A DNA stretch of 34,644 nucleotides from Octopus sinensis (GCF_006345805.1 NW_021831678.1:1-34644), one strand, 5' to 3'; counted from the stretch's first letter, positions 1 through 11,555 are shown. Translations and numbers: made by a program. Notes: a model not told the origin generated them from the sequence alone.

Positions 1-217
1 GAATCATTTTAAAATAGTTTAATTTGAAAGAGAGAAAAACATTATGAAGTAGCAGAGATAAGAATGTCCTCACAGAGAGCTTAGAACTTATCATAGAGTT
101 AGATTCAATTCCCTGCTCGCTGTATCTGGGTGCACCAAAACGCACCCGTGTGCATCGAACATCATCTACGGAGTAGATCACTTATCCGAGCTTCAGAAAT
201 GTCTTGCTTTTTGACTA

Positions 218-618
218 AGGCGGCGAGCTGGCAGAAACGATAGCACGCCGGGCGAAATGCGTAGCCGTATTTCATCTGCCGTTACGTTCTGAGTTCAAAT
301 TCCGCCGAGGTCGAATTTGCCTTTCATTCTTTCGGGGTCGATTAAATTAAGTAGCAGTTACGCACTGGGGTCGATATAATCGACTTAATCCGTTTGTCTG
401 TCCTCGTTTGTCCCCTCTGTGTTTAGCCCCTTGTGGGTAGTAAAGAAATAGGTATTTCGTCTGCCGCTACGTTCTGAGTTCAAATTCCGCCGAGGTCGAC
501 TTTGCCATTCATCCTTTGAGGGTCGATAAATTAAGTACCAGTTGCGTACTGGGGTCAATCTAATCGGTTGGCCCCCTCCCCCAAAATTTCTGGCCTTGTG
601 CCTTGAGTAGAAAAGAAT
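218..618 (+). mobile_element. tRNA-derived SINE family A, dimeric copy (full monomer + 5'-truncated second monomer)
   Basis: Head GGCGGCGAGCTGGCAGAAACG, B-box-like GAGTTCAAATTCC twice; the same body recurs at 6147, 14833 and 19352. Confidence 0.9.
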
Positions 619-634
619 ATATGTATTTCAAAAA

Positions 635-722
635 AGGTGGGGAACTGGGAGAAACATTATAGTACGCTGGGCGAAATGCTTAGAAGCATTTCGTCTGTCT
701 TTACGTTCTGAGTTCAAATTCT
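635..722 (+). mobile_element. SINE family A 5' fragment
   Basis: Degenerate head through GTTCTGAGTTCAAATTC. Confidence 0.7.
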
Positions 723-762
723 AATCGGCATTGAATGAAATAAAACCCTGTACAATTATAAT

Positions 763-987
763 TATGAATTGGTTTCAAATTTTCGCTGAAGACCAGCAAT
801 TTTGTGGGGAGGGGCTAAGTCGTTTACATTCATCCCAGTGTTCAACAGGTACTTATTTTATCGATACCCGAAAGGATAAAAGGCAAAGTCGACCCTGGTG
901 GTATTTGAACTCAGAACGTAAAGACGAACGAAATGTCGGTGAGTATTTCGCCCGGTGTTCTAAACGATTCTACCTGTTCACCACCTT
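763..987 (-). mobile_element. SINE family A, degenerate
   Basis: Reverse complement of the family A body (AAGGCAAAGTCGACC...TTTGAACTCAGAACGTAAAGAC). Confidence 0.8.
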
Positions 988-1017
988 AATTAGATTCAGA
1001 TATTTAAAATGCTAGTG

Positions 1018-1198
1018 AAGGCTGCGGACTGGCAGAATCGTTAGTTCGCCCGGAAAAAATGCTTCGCGGCATTTCGTCCGTCTTTGCCCTTTGTCCTTTC
1101 GCGGTCGATAAAATAACTACCATTTGAGCACTGGGATCAACATAATTGACTATCCCCTCCCCCAAACTTTCAGACCTTGTGCCTCTAGTATAAAGAAT
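1018..1198 (+). mobile_element. SINE family A, internally deleted
   Basis: Head CTGGCAGAATCGTTAG and tail GGTCGATAAAATAA...CCTTGTGCC; B-box region missing. Confidence 0.7.
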
Positions 1199-1207
1199 AT
1201 ACAGAAT

Positions 1208-1400
1208 AAGGCGGCCAAGTAGAAGAATTGTCATAATGTCGGACTAAATGTTTAGCGGCATCCCTTCCGATTAATTACGTTCTAAACTTAACTTCTAACT
1301 TCAAATTCTACCGAGGTCTACTTTACCAGTCATCCTTTCGGGGTCGATAAAAGAATAACCAGTTGAAGACTGAAGTCGGTGTAATCAATTATTCCCTTTT
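1208..1400 (+). mobile_element. SINE family A, highly degenerate
   Basis: TTCAAATTCTACCGAGGTC...CATCCTTTCGGGGTCGATAAAA. Confidence 0.6.
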
Positions 1401-1470
1401 ATAAGTTTTCAAGTTTTATACCTTTAACTCAAAGAAAACGCATTTCGAACGTTTATGTTATAATCTTTGT

Positions 1471-1725
1471 GGAGGCGCGTGGCTTAGCGGTTAGGGTGTC
1501 AGCATCATGATCGTAATATTGTGGTTTCGATACCTGGACCGGGCGACGCGTTGTGTTTTTGAGAAAAACACTTCATCTCATGTTGCTCCAGTCCACTCAG
1601 CTGGCAAAAATGAGTAACGCTGCGATGGACTTGGCGACCCGTCCAGCTGGGGAACACATACGCCATAGAAACCGGGAAACTGGGCCCATAAGCTTGGCTA
1701 GGCTTTAAGAAGGGCGCATTTATTT
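1471..1725 (+). mobile_element. tRNA-derived SINE family C
   Basis: A-box TGGCTTAGCGG, B-box-like GGTTTCGATACC; second copy at 17091. Confidence 0.9.
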
Positions 1726-2134
1726 TTTATTATGTTATAATCCCTGCATATCTTCGTAACTATATTCTTCCAGGACAGTTGAAATGTATGGCATCAACTT
1801 ATTCGGGTAATGTATCCCTCTCTTTTAAAAAATACTCTCTCTGGATCTTTAATGATAAAATCTATCATAATTTAGAATCTATTTTCTTTATTTTGTTTTT
1901 ATGGTTGTATATTTGTCTTTGGTAACAAGAATGAATGTAACAACAGACTTGAGCAGAAAATGGAAACGACAACAGCAATGACGAAAATGAAATTAAAACA
2001 AAAACGAAAAATATAGAAAAAAAAATTAGCAAAAAAAAAAAAAACTAAAACAAGAGCAAAAACTGAAACATTATTGAAAGCGAGAGTAACGTTTATCCAA
2101 TCGATAAATATCGAAATAGCATGTTGCTTAGATC

Positions 2135-2490
2135 AATCACCTTCTCTCTATCTCGCTCTCCCTATTTCTCTCTCTCTCTCTGTCTCTCTCTCTCTCGCTC
2201 TCTCTCGTTCTCTATCTCTCTCCCTCTCTCTCTCTATGTCTCTCCTTATCTCTTTATCTCTATCTCCCTCCCTCTCTCTCGCTCTCTATCTCTCTCCTTC
2301 TCTCTCTCTATCTCTCTCCTCTCTCTATCTCTATCTCTCTCTCTCTCCTTCTCTCTCTCTATCTCTCTCTTGCTCTCTATCTCTCTCCCTCTCTCTATCT
2401 CTATCTCTCTTTCTCTATCTCTTTCCCTCTCTCTATCTCTCTCCCTCTATCCCTCTCTATCCCTCCCCCTCTCCCTCTCATTCCCTCTAC
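2135..2490. repeat. Polypyrimidine (CT/CTAT)n microsatellite
   Basis: Direct reading; source of the poly-SL ORFs. Confidence 0.95.
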
Positions 2491-2795
2491 AATATGGCTG
2501 AAAATTATGGACAGTTTATTACTACATTCATACTATTTCCATTTTAAATGACACTTTATGTTTAATGTATCGGCTTTTATTTCTAAACCGCTGACATCAA
2601 ACACGAAAGAATAAAACTGGAGGAACAGTGGAATACAGATAGAGAAAGCGAAAGTGAAAGTAGAGAGAAAAAATGGGAGTGAGGGGGAGGATGGAAGCCA
2701 GAGAGGTGACTGGCGAGGGACGGAGGCAAAAATTATTGAGGTTTACGTATGGAGGAATATCTCCTGATAAAATCCGTCGTCATTCATATATATTG

Positions 2796-3002
2796 GTGTG
2801 TGTGTGCGTGTGTGTGTGTGTGTCTGTGTGTGTGCGTGTGTGTGTATGTGTGTGTTTATCTGTATATAAATCATTTTAACACTGCGATTGTGTAAACGAT
2901 CTCAAAAAACTTTACTAAGCTATTAATTCTTTCAGTTGAAACGATCCAAAATTGGGTTATAATTCCTACTGAATAATTTTATGCATCCATCTGTCTATCT
3001 GT

Positions 3003-3068
<66 letters not shown>

Positions 3069-3083
3069 CTCTCTCTCTCTCTA

Positions 3084-3120
<37 letters not shown>
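2796..3120. repeat. (TG)n then compound (CTAT)n-(CT)n-(AT)n microsatellites
   Basis: Direct reading. Confidence 0.9.
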
Positions 3121-3123
<3 letters not shown>

Positions 3124-3374
3124 ATGATCCTGAAACACGGTGTCCCTAAATGCAGTTCCGGCGGTTGGGGGTATTTGTCTCCCCTTCGTATATGTATATA
3201 AGGACACAGGGAAAAATGTGTCGAAGCTGTCAGGAGGCTTCGATGCCTCCTAGGGCTATACAACGGGGTGTACCCCCTACTGTCACGTTCTTGTTAGATT
3301 GACTGTATACAACCATACTCGCGCTCCACCACCGTACATCTCTCTACGGGAGATTTAGAAATTCAATATTTCTT

Positions 3375-3547
3375 ATATAATATATATATTATATATACAT
3401 ATATAAAAAAAAAATTTTTTTATATACATATATATGTGTGTGTATGTATATATGTATGTGTATGTATATATGTATGTATATATATATAAGTATATATATA
3501 TACATATGTATATATATATATGCATATTTATATATGCATATATATAC

Positions 3548-3613
<66 letters not shown>

Positions 3614-3750
3614 GTGTGTGCGTGTGTGTGCGTGTGTGTGTGTGTGTGTGTGTATGCATATATATATGTATATCTGCTAATTTACACTCGCACACACGCA
3701 GACATGCACATAGGTATGTGTGTGTGTTGCGTGTGTGTTTGCGTGCTTGT
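3375..3750. repeat. Compound (TA)n/(TG)n microsatellite
   Basis: Direct reading. Confidence 0.9.
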
Positions 3751-4119
3751 GTGCATGTGTTTATTATTGTACTGGTCTTTCTCACTGAACGGCGTTCATT
3801 ATGGTACACAAGTTGAATTTTTATTATTCTATTACATCGACCAGACCAGGTTAATTCCAAGTTGATCCCCATCCGAGGACGGTGTATCTGATAAATCAAA
3901 TAAGTGCATCAGAAACTAACTAAAACTAAAAGAAATACCACAAGGGTTTTTTGGTTCAAGATACAGAGTCTCTGACATACCGCACACACACACACACACC
4001 ACACACACACGCACACACATGCATATAAATGCATTGTTGCAGTATCAGTGGAAATGTCATGTGCACACAAATACTCTTCAGATTCAGAAAATAATTTTTT
4101 GTTCGCAAAAATGTTTTGT

Positions 4120-4515
4120 GTATGTGTGGCATGTAGCTTGCTTACCAACCACATGGTTCCGGATTCAGTCTCACTGCGTGGCACCTTGGGCAAGTGTCTT
4201 CTACTATAGCCTCGGGCCGACCAAAGCCTTGCGTGTGGATATGGTAGACGGAAACTGAAAGAAGCCCGTCGTATATATGTATGTATATATATATATAGGT
4301 GTGCGTGTTTGTGTGTGTGTGTTTGTGTGTCTGTGTTTGTACCCCTCCCCAACATCGCTTGACAACCGATGCTTGTGTGTTTACGTCCCCGATAAAAGAG
4401 AGACCAATAAAATAACTACTAGGCGTACAAAGACTAAGTCTTGGGGTCGATTTGCTCGACTAAAGACTATGCTCCAGCATGGCCGCAGTCAAATGACTGA
4501 AAGAAACAAAAGAAA
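4120..4515 (+). mobile_element. tRNA-derived SINE family B (internal microsatellite, LINE-like 3' hairpin)
   Basis: CCTTGGGCAAGTGTCTTCTACTATAGCC central domain, TA/TG tract, tail CCAGCATGGCCGCAGTCAAATGACTGAAA; 9 copies in the window. Confidence 0.9.
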
Positions 4516-4599
4516 CAACAGTTAGCTCTCCACAGATCCAAGATGTAACCCTCAACAGAGTTATGGCCTAACATCTAGGGCAGTACTTTTCGATAGGAA

Positions 4600-4720
4600 A
4601 GCAGATGTTCGTGACGGCGCCCAAAGGAAGGTTACCCCTAACAATTGGAGACGATTGAGCGCGGCTGTTTTCAGGCTGTTGACTGGATACTGACCTTCTT
4701 TAGGCGACAATATGTTTCGA
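4600..4720 (+). pseudogene. Possible I-group LINE C-terminal remnant
   Basis: Translates ...RRLSAAVFRLLTGY*..., resembling the FRLxTGH motif; a single weak motif. Confidence 0.25.
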
Positions 4721-4729
4721 TACTGGAAG

Positions 4730-4761
<32 letters not shown>

Positions 4762-5200
4762 TGCACACATATATACACACATATACACGCAAGTACACAC
4801 ACACACATACACGCACATGCACACATACATGCACACATATACACGCAAGTACACACACACATACACATGCACGCACATGCACACATACATACACACATAT
4901 ACACGCAAGTACACACACACACACGCACGCACATGCACACATACATACACACATATACACGCAAGTACACACACACACATGCACGCACATGCACACATAC
5001 ATACACACATATACACGCAAGTACACACACCACACATGCACGCACATGCACACATACATACACACATATACACGCAAGTACGCACACACACACACTCACG
5101 TACGCGCGGATTTACACATATACATACACGGGTGCGCACACAGACACATTCAGACAAGCAGACGCATATATACACACATGCACACATACAAACATACGCT
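4720..5200. repeat. AC-rich minisatellite, about 50-nt unit, 6 copies of CACGCAAGTAC
   Basis: Unit ACACACGCACATGCACACATACATACACACATATACACGCAAGT repeated. Confidence 0.9.
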
Positions 5201-5478
5201 CGTACATAAAGAAAAACAATTAGGCCAATACAAAGATAAATGGGAGCAGCGGTTTACATACACAAGTATATATAATAAAACGATAATAGCTATGAAAAAC
5301 CTGGTTAAGAACAAAATTCGCCAATAGTCGGAGTACCACGCCGGGGTAATCAAAGAACTCCAACAATATCAGATATCCCCAATTGCTAAGACCACCTCAT
5401 GGAGGCTTTTCTCCTCCATCTGTTTATTCAATCCTACAGGCACAAGCTCCGTATTGACCCTTTCACTCGGGCCCTTCT

Positions 5479-5834
5479 CGCCGTGGTGATCTCATTCTTG
5501 CTCGCAACATCATAAGCGGAAAGTGTAACCTCTCGAAAAAGCTGTTCTTCACTCCCGCTCCAGAGCGTCAGGCTGCGGGGTCACTCCGAAAAGCTCTATC
5601 TGCGACGATTTCATCTCAATCGAAGGAGAGGGGCTTTCTCCGTCCGGGTTGCGGATCCGTGGAATAAGCTGCCGGACGAGATAGTGAAGATGCCGACGAC
5701 CGCTCGGTTCAAAGTCTCTCTTGACCAGAAATGGCCTGAACTCTTTGCATGAACACCACCCTGTACATAACTCCATGTCCCCCTACATGGCCTTGCTTTT
5801 TGCTTTTTGAGCCAAAAAATTAACTTAACATAAC
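5479..5834 (+). mobile_element. CR1/L2-type LINE 3' fragment with UTR and short-repeat tail
   Basis: RRGDLILARNIISG...RGHSEKLYLRRFHLNRR / FSVRVADPWNKLPDEIV...FKVSLDQKWPELFA* (frameshifted; stop 5750-5752); tail TTAACTTAACATAAC. Confidence 0.85.
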
Positions 5835-5839
5835 CATAT

Positions 5840-6449
5840 TCATTCATCTTTCAATAAGTTTAGATGAAAGCACCTCCGAGGCCATCCTCACAATTTTTTT
5901 TTCTTCAGAAATTGGATGGAGACTGAAGTGGAAAGCGTCTGTCTTCATTCCTTTCAGTTTCCTTTGCCACAATCACAGCCTCTTTTACCACAACGAAAAT
6001 GCAGATGAAAACTACGTACTCTCCTCGACCGAAGAAGTTTAGCTGGGCAATCTTCACGACGGAGTTGGCCAATAACCACGTAACTCCACAAGATAACAAT
6101 GCTTGGTTCCTAGACCGGGGCCGAGGAAGGCGGTTTCCTTACTCAGGCGTCGAGCTGGCAGAAACGTTAGCACGCTGGGCGAAATACTTAGCGGTATTTC
6201 GTCTGTTGTTACGTTCTGTGTTCAAATTCCGCCGAGGTCGACTTTGCCTTTCATCCTTTCGGGGTCGATAAATTAAGTACCAGTTACGCACTGGGGTCGA
6301 TATAAACGACTTAATACGTTTGTCTGTCCTTGTTTGTCCCCCTCTATGTTTAGCCCCTTGTGGGTAATAAAGAAACAGATAATAAACTGCAAGAGTTGAA
6401 CATGAGAGTAATCTGCATCACCTTTCCTTCAATACAAGACCCAGCTATC

Positions 6450-6518
<69 letters not shown>

Positions 6519-6523
6519 CCTAC

Positions 6524-6593
<70 letters not shown>

Positions 6594-7140
6594 GTTCTTG
6601 TTTGTCTCTGTGTTTAGCCCCTTGTGGGTAGTAAAGAAATAGTTTCCTTACTCAGTTCATGTCTCAGGCAAGTGCGGCTGTAGAGCTTGCCTGTAGAGCT
6701 AATTCCGTGCTGGCAATGGCACCAGGGAGCATTGCCAGGCCTGAGATTTCTGGAAGTGATGTCGAAGATTCAGCTGAGGACGGAAAGCCCACCGGACCAG
6801 AAATGTTAGTTGATTTCCATCTACACCCAAATTCTTTCTGAGAACTTCGTCACTTTTGCTCGCCACCAATCCCTCGTAGAATGCCATTGTTGGAATTTCC
6901 AGCGACAGCATTGTCCGGAAGACTTTAAACATGTGTACACGCATTACAGATTTAAATTGGAAATATTACCAGCCATCATTATGATGTGGGCTAGAAACAC
7001 GTCAGATTAGGGCTCAGAACAAAAAAAAGGGGTTATTCTGGTGGCGGGTATGCCAATTCCCCAAGACATTAAGATGAAAATGAATCTGCGAGACATTTTT
7101 GGGAATGAAACGCGTTCTTTAGTCGTAACAGAAGTGGGGA
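5840..7140 (-). mobile_element. Degenerate Tx1/L1-like LINE 3' fragment, split by a SINE insertion
   Basis: Pieces AFYEGLV...FQKSQAWQCSLVPLPARN*LYR and SVVKIAQL...VFICIFVVVKEAV resemble the C-terminal region of Tx1/L1 ORF2 (from memory of the family); contiguity restored by removing 6147-6641 plus one TSD copy. Confidence 0.6.
6147..6641 (+). mobile_element. Composite SINE A + 70-nt extension + (CTAT)n + second SINE tail, with 14-bp TSD
   Basis: GTTTCCTTACTCAG at 6133-6146 and 6642-6655. Confidence 0.92.
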
Positions 7141-7179
7141 AACTAGCACAATACTCTAAGAGTTAGATATTGTTGTTGC

Positions 7180-7480
7180 CTTTTGTTCTTTCTGGATCCA
7201 CGCCTAGCTCATAAGGGCTGGTTTCCCGGTTTCCTTGGCGTATAGGTTCCCCACCTGGACGGGACGCCAGTCCGCCGTAGGTGAGCTGCAAGATGCAGGA
7301 GGAAAGAGTGAGAGAAAGTTGTGGCGAAAGAGTCAGCAGACGTTCGCCATTACTTTCTGCGGAGCCGCGTGGAACTTAGGTATTTCGCTCATAAACACTC
7401 ACATCGCTCGGTCTGATATTCGAACCCACGATCCCTCGATTGCGAGTCCGCTGCTCTAACTACTAGGCCTTGTGCCTCCA
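7180..7480 (-). mobile_element. tRNA-derived SINE family D
   Basis: Minus head GGAGGCACAAGGCCTAGTAGTTAGAGC...GGGTTCGAATA; 3' domain GACTGGCGTCCCGTCCAG shared with family C. Confidence 0.85.
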
Positions 7481-7651
7481 CAAGAGTTAGACATACTCAT
7501 CACATAAAAGACAATACTGGTCCTGGTCACTTCGAGATGCATCTTTTTCCAGCAACACCTTTTAAACGGAATTTGTTTGACAGAAAATAAAAGGAGCAAG
7601 CCGTTCGATTGTATGACCGTGCGTGTATCTACACACACACACATATATATA

Positions 7652-7695
<44 letters not shown>

Positions 7696-7910
7696 TGCGT
7701 GTGTGTGTGAGTTAATGTTTTTTCATGCTTTGTTATAAAAACAATCTTACATTAATTTGAGGCGTTACTCCGTACTTTTGGAGAGAAGAGTTGACACTGA
7801 CTTCGAAGTTTTAGCGAATTCAGCCATCGTTGCAATAAATACAATAGAATGCTCACCCAAGGTTTGATATAAGTGTCGAAACTTAAAAATCAACAATGAC
7901 TTCTATAACA

Positions 7911-8258
7911 CCCTCGGGTCGACCAAAATCTCGTGGGTAGAAACTGAAAGACGCCTAGCATGTATACATACATACATACACATATACATATATATATATA
8001 GAGAGAGAGAGCCATATAAATACGAGTGTGTATGTGTGTGCGCACGCGTGTCTGTGGATTTGTGCCTGTGTTTTCCGACACCGCCGCTTGACAACCGGTG
8101 TTGGTATGTTTGCTTCCCCGTAACTTAGCGATTCAGCAAAAGAGGCTGATGAAATAAGAAATAAGCACCAAGCTTAAAGAAGAAGTATTGAGCTTGATTC
8201 GTTTGACCAAGATTCTTGAGGTTAGTGCAGCAGTCTTAACGACTGAAGTAAATAAAAT
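7911..8258 (+). mobile_element. SINE family B, old 5'-truncated copy
   Basis: CCTCGGGTCGACCAAA...TTGACAACCGGTG...ACTTAGCG. Confidence 0.7.
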
Positions 8259-8261
8259 GTA

Positions 8262-8448
8262 TACTCTTTTACTTGTTTCATTTGACTGCGGCCATGCTGG
8301 ATCACCGCCTTTAGTCGAGCAAATCGACCCCAGGACTTATTCCTTGTAAGCCTAGTACTTATTCTATCGGTCTCTTTTGCCGAACCGCTAAGTTACAGGG
8401 ACGTAAACACATCAGCATCGCTTGTCAAGCGCTGTTGGGGAACAAACA

Positions 8449-8504
<56 letters not shown>

Positions 8505-8639
8505 CGACGGGCTTCTTTCAGTTTCAGTCTACCAAATTCACTCACAAGGCTTTGGTCGGCCCGAGGCTATAGTAGAAGACTGAACCCGGAACCATGTGGT
8601 TCGTAAGCAGGCTACTTACCACACAGCCGCTCCTACGCC

Positions 8640-8641
<2 letters not shown>
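8262..8641 (-). mobile_element. SINE family B with 28-nt internal deletion
   Basis: Reverse complement of the family B body. Confidence 0.9.
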
Positions 8642-8674
<33 letters not shown>

Positions 8675-10160
8675 GAAACAGATATATCTGTGTAGCAAGC
8701 AAAATATATAATTATATATAATTATATATAATTATTACTTAGCTTTTACACCATGGACAATACCTCAGCCTTATATAGTAAATAAAACAACTTCTTATAT
8801 TTATCAACTCTTAGAATTGAAACCGTATCTTCATAAAGCCCTTAACTATCGGTATCCTGACGTTGTGATATTCTATTTTCCTCCTCTTTCCCCACGTTCC
8901 TTGTTTTATAGAGAATCCAAACAGATCAGTACATCTATTGTTGCACTTATCAGTCGAGGTATTTTTTTGCGTTCTGTAAATATCTATATAGAATATAAAA
9001 TATAACGAAATATATAAAACTGGGGGGAAAGAAAAAAAAAATCTGTAAATAGAATAACTAAAATTTGTGAAGCAATTTCAAGCCTATATTTTGTTTCTAA
9101 CCTAGCATATCTTAATCTATAACCAGCTGTCATATGTTTTCTAAACACTGATCTAATAATCCCATTTAATAAATTATGTACAAGCTATCTATGTCGGAAG
9201 GTATTGGCAATATCGTAATGAAGAAATACAGCAACATACAAACATATGTGTAAACAGATATAATAAATAAACAAATTAAATAAAAAAAAGAAGAAGAAAG
9301 TAGAAAACTATTTGTAGAAGCCATATAAAGACATTCTTTCTGCCCAGAACTATAGTGAAAAGATAAGTAAAATTCGACAACAAGGAAAGTGAATTAGAAT
9401 TTAAAAATGTTGAAAATCCTACAAAAATAATGAAATTATTTAATATAATTGAGATAATACAGGTATACTCTATGTGTTTGTACTAATTCCTTATCACGTT
9501 CGATTTGTAAAGATTTCCAGAAACTTCATTACGAAAAGAGGCTTCTCTTATTTAACGAATGATGATTTTCGCGAATAAAAAAAAAAAAAAACAGATGTTG
9601 GAAAAAACAAACAGAAACAAAATTAATAGGGAAAGATAGAAAGAGAAAAGAAAGAGAGGGAAATAGATAGATACAGTGGAGGGGGTGCCAGAAAGAAAGA
9701 AAGATAGGAAGAATGGAAGAAGTAATAGGAAAAAAAAAACCCAACTAAAGTAATGAAATTGTAATGTAGAGATAAGGGTAAAAGGAAAAAAAGAAACAAT
9801 AAGAACGGATTGAGTTCGTTCAAGTGAGAGCCGGAGAATGACGCAAGTGTAGCAGAAATGGATTTATAAAAATCTAAAATGGCGTCATCGATGGATTGCG
9901 CAAATGGAACAACGCTAATATGACTACTACACGTTTAACCTATTAGATTTAATAGAGCAATGAAATATAATATATACATTAGATTGTGTACTGTCTCTTG
10001 AATAACTTTCAGTGTTCTTAACATTAAACGTCTTTATATTTTGTCTATATGTGTATGATAGGTGTATCGTGATCATATTTTTTATTGCTTAGAAGCAGGA
10101 GAGAAGGCAAAGGTCACTTCTTTATGAGGCCTTCCCAAACTGGTCGAAACTCTCATGGGT

Positions 10161-10541
10161 TACTCTTTTTTACTCTTTTACTTGTTTCAGTCATTTGACT
10201 GCGGCCATGCTGGAGCACCGCCTTTAGTCGAGCAAATCGACCCCGGGACTTATTCTATGTAAGCCCAGTACTTATTCTATCGGTCTCTTTTGCCGAACCG
10301 CTAAGTGACGGGGACGTAAACACACCAGCATCGGTTGTCAAGCAATGCTAGGGAGACAAACACAGACACAGAAACACATACACACACATACATTTATTCA
10401 TATATACGGCAGGCTTCTTTCAGTTTCCGTCTACCAAATCCACTCACAAGGCATTGGTCGGCCCGGAGCTATAGCAGAAGACACTTGCCCAAGATGCCAG
10501 TGGTTGGTTAGCAAGCTACTTACCACACAGCCACTCATGCG
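10161..10541 (-). mobile_element. SINE family B
   Basis: Reverse complement of the family B body; small deletion in the head. Confidence 0.9.
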
Positions 10542-10959
10542 TTGTTCAATTTTAAAATTAAAATTTTAATTTTAAAAGATATCAAGTACGGGATATACAC
10601 CGTGAGATTCGGTGGGTAAGGGTTAGGAGAGCAGCACGTGAATACTTACGTACACCTAAATAATTTCGAGGAGTAGAACACCTCATATTTGCTGCGAAAA
10701 TGTTTGTGACTGGAAATACCTGTATATGAATCAACAGTTGTTGAGAGATGGGTGAGAGAATCCGTTATTAACTTTCCTGCTCAACCTTAAATCAGCGTTG
10801 ATCAGGCAGATCTATAATTTCAACCATGACATTTCCTTCTTTTCTTGTGAACAGAGGACACCCTAGTTACTTTATCCAATGTGTTCTCTTCCAAGAGTGC
10901 TGTGTGAAGTGTGTTATTTCTAATCAGTCAATCAAATAGGTAAAATTCCTTCGTTGACT

Positions 10960-11130
10960 CGATGCCAAGATTATTTAAGCACTAGCAAAGAAAATACGAG
11001 GAGGATGGTGAAAGGACAATAAACAGGGTGTAATAAGTTGACGCTTAAGAAGACGATCGAAGACGTTTTTAACATTTCGAGTCTATGCACTTCTTCAAAA
11101 ATGATAGATTAGGAGAGAACATAGAGAAAA
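10960..11130 (-). mobile_element. Remnant of a short repeat carrying a decayed hammerhead-like motif
   Basis: Minus TTGAAGAAGTGCATAGACTCGAAATGTTAAAAAC aligns by eye with TCGAAGAGCGTAGGCTCGAAACGTCAAACAC at 29981. Confidence 0.5.
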
Positions 11131-11228
11131 GAAACATGTGTCACAGTTAAATGGTCAATGCATTCAACAAAGCAAACAAACAGCACACCCCAAAAAAACC
11201 AGAAACAATTAAGCACTAGCAAGATGCT

Positions 11229-11555
11229 CTGCGGCCATGCTGGAGCACCATCTTAAAGGGTTTCAGTCGAAGAAATCTACTCCAGAACTTATTCTTTGCA
11301 AGCCTAGTACTTCTTCTCTCGTTGTTTTTAGCTGAACCAGTAAGTTACGGGGACATAAACATACCTGTATCAGTTGTCAATAGATAGCGGGTGGATGGGG
11401 GGGGGCAGACTCACACACACACACACATATATATACATGACAGGCTTCTTTCAGTTTCCCTCTACCAAATCCATACACAAGGCTATGGTTGGCCCGAGAC
11501 TATAGTAGAAGACACTTTCCCAAGGTGCCACACAGTGGGACTGAACCCAGAACTA
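11229..11555 (-). mobile_element. SINE family B-related, degenerate
   Basis: GCGGCCATGCTGGAGCACC...CAAGGTGCCACACAGTGGGACTGAACCC. Confidence 0.75.

Noticed and set aside
131-145. 15-mer TGCACCAAAACGCAC nearly repeated at 21833-21847
   Set aside because: 14/15 matches are expected many times by chance in 35 kb; no further similarity
1471-1545. tRNA-like heads (also 17091, 21171, 7410-7480)
   Set aside because: A/B boxes are present but there is no full cloverleaf, and each continues into a SINE body
2074-5327. Long ORFs such as poly-SL, poly-YI, poly-HT and poly-CV (also at 12695, 27435-28241, 32194 etc.)
   Set aside because: They are translations of microsatellites and minisatellites with no coding signal
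8912-8958. Plus-strand AG...GT exon-like segment
   Set aside because: All three frames are open, no homology is recognised, and such signals are frequent by chance
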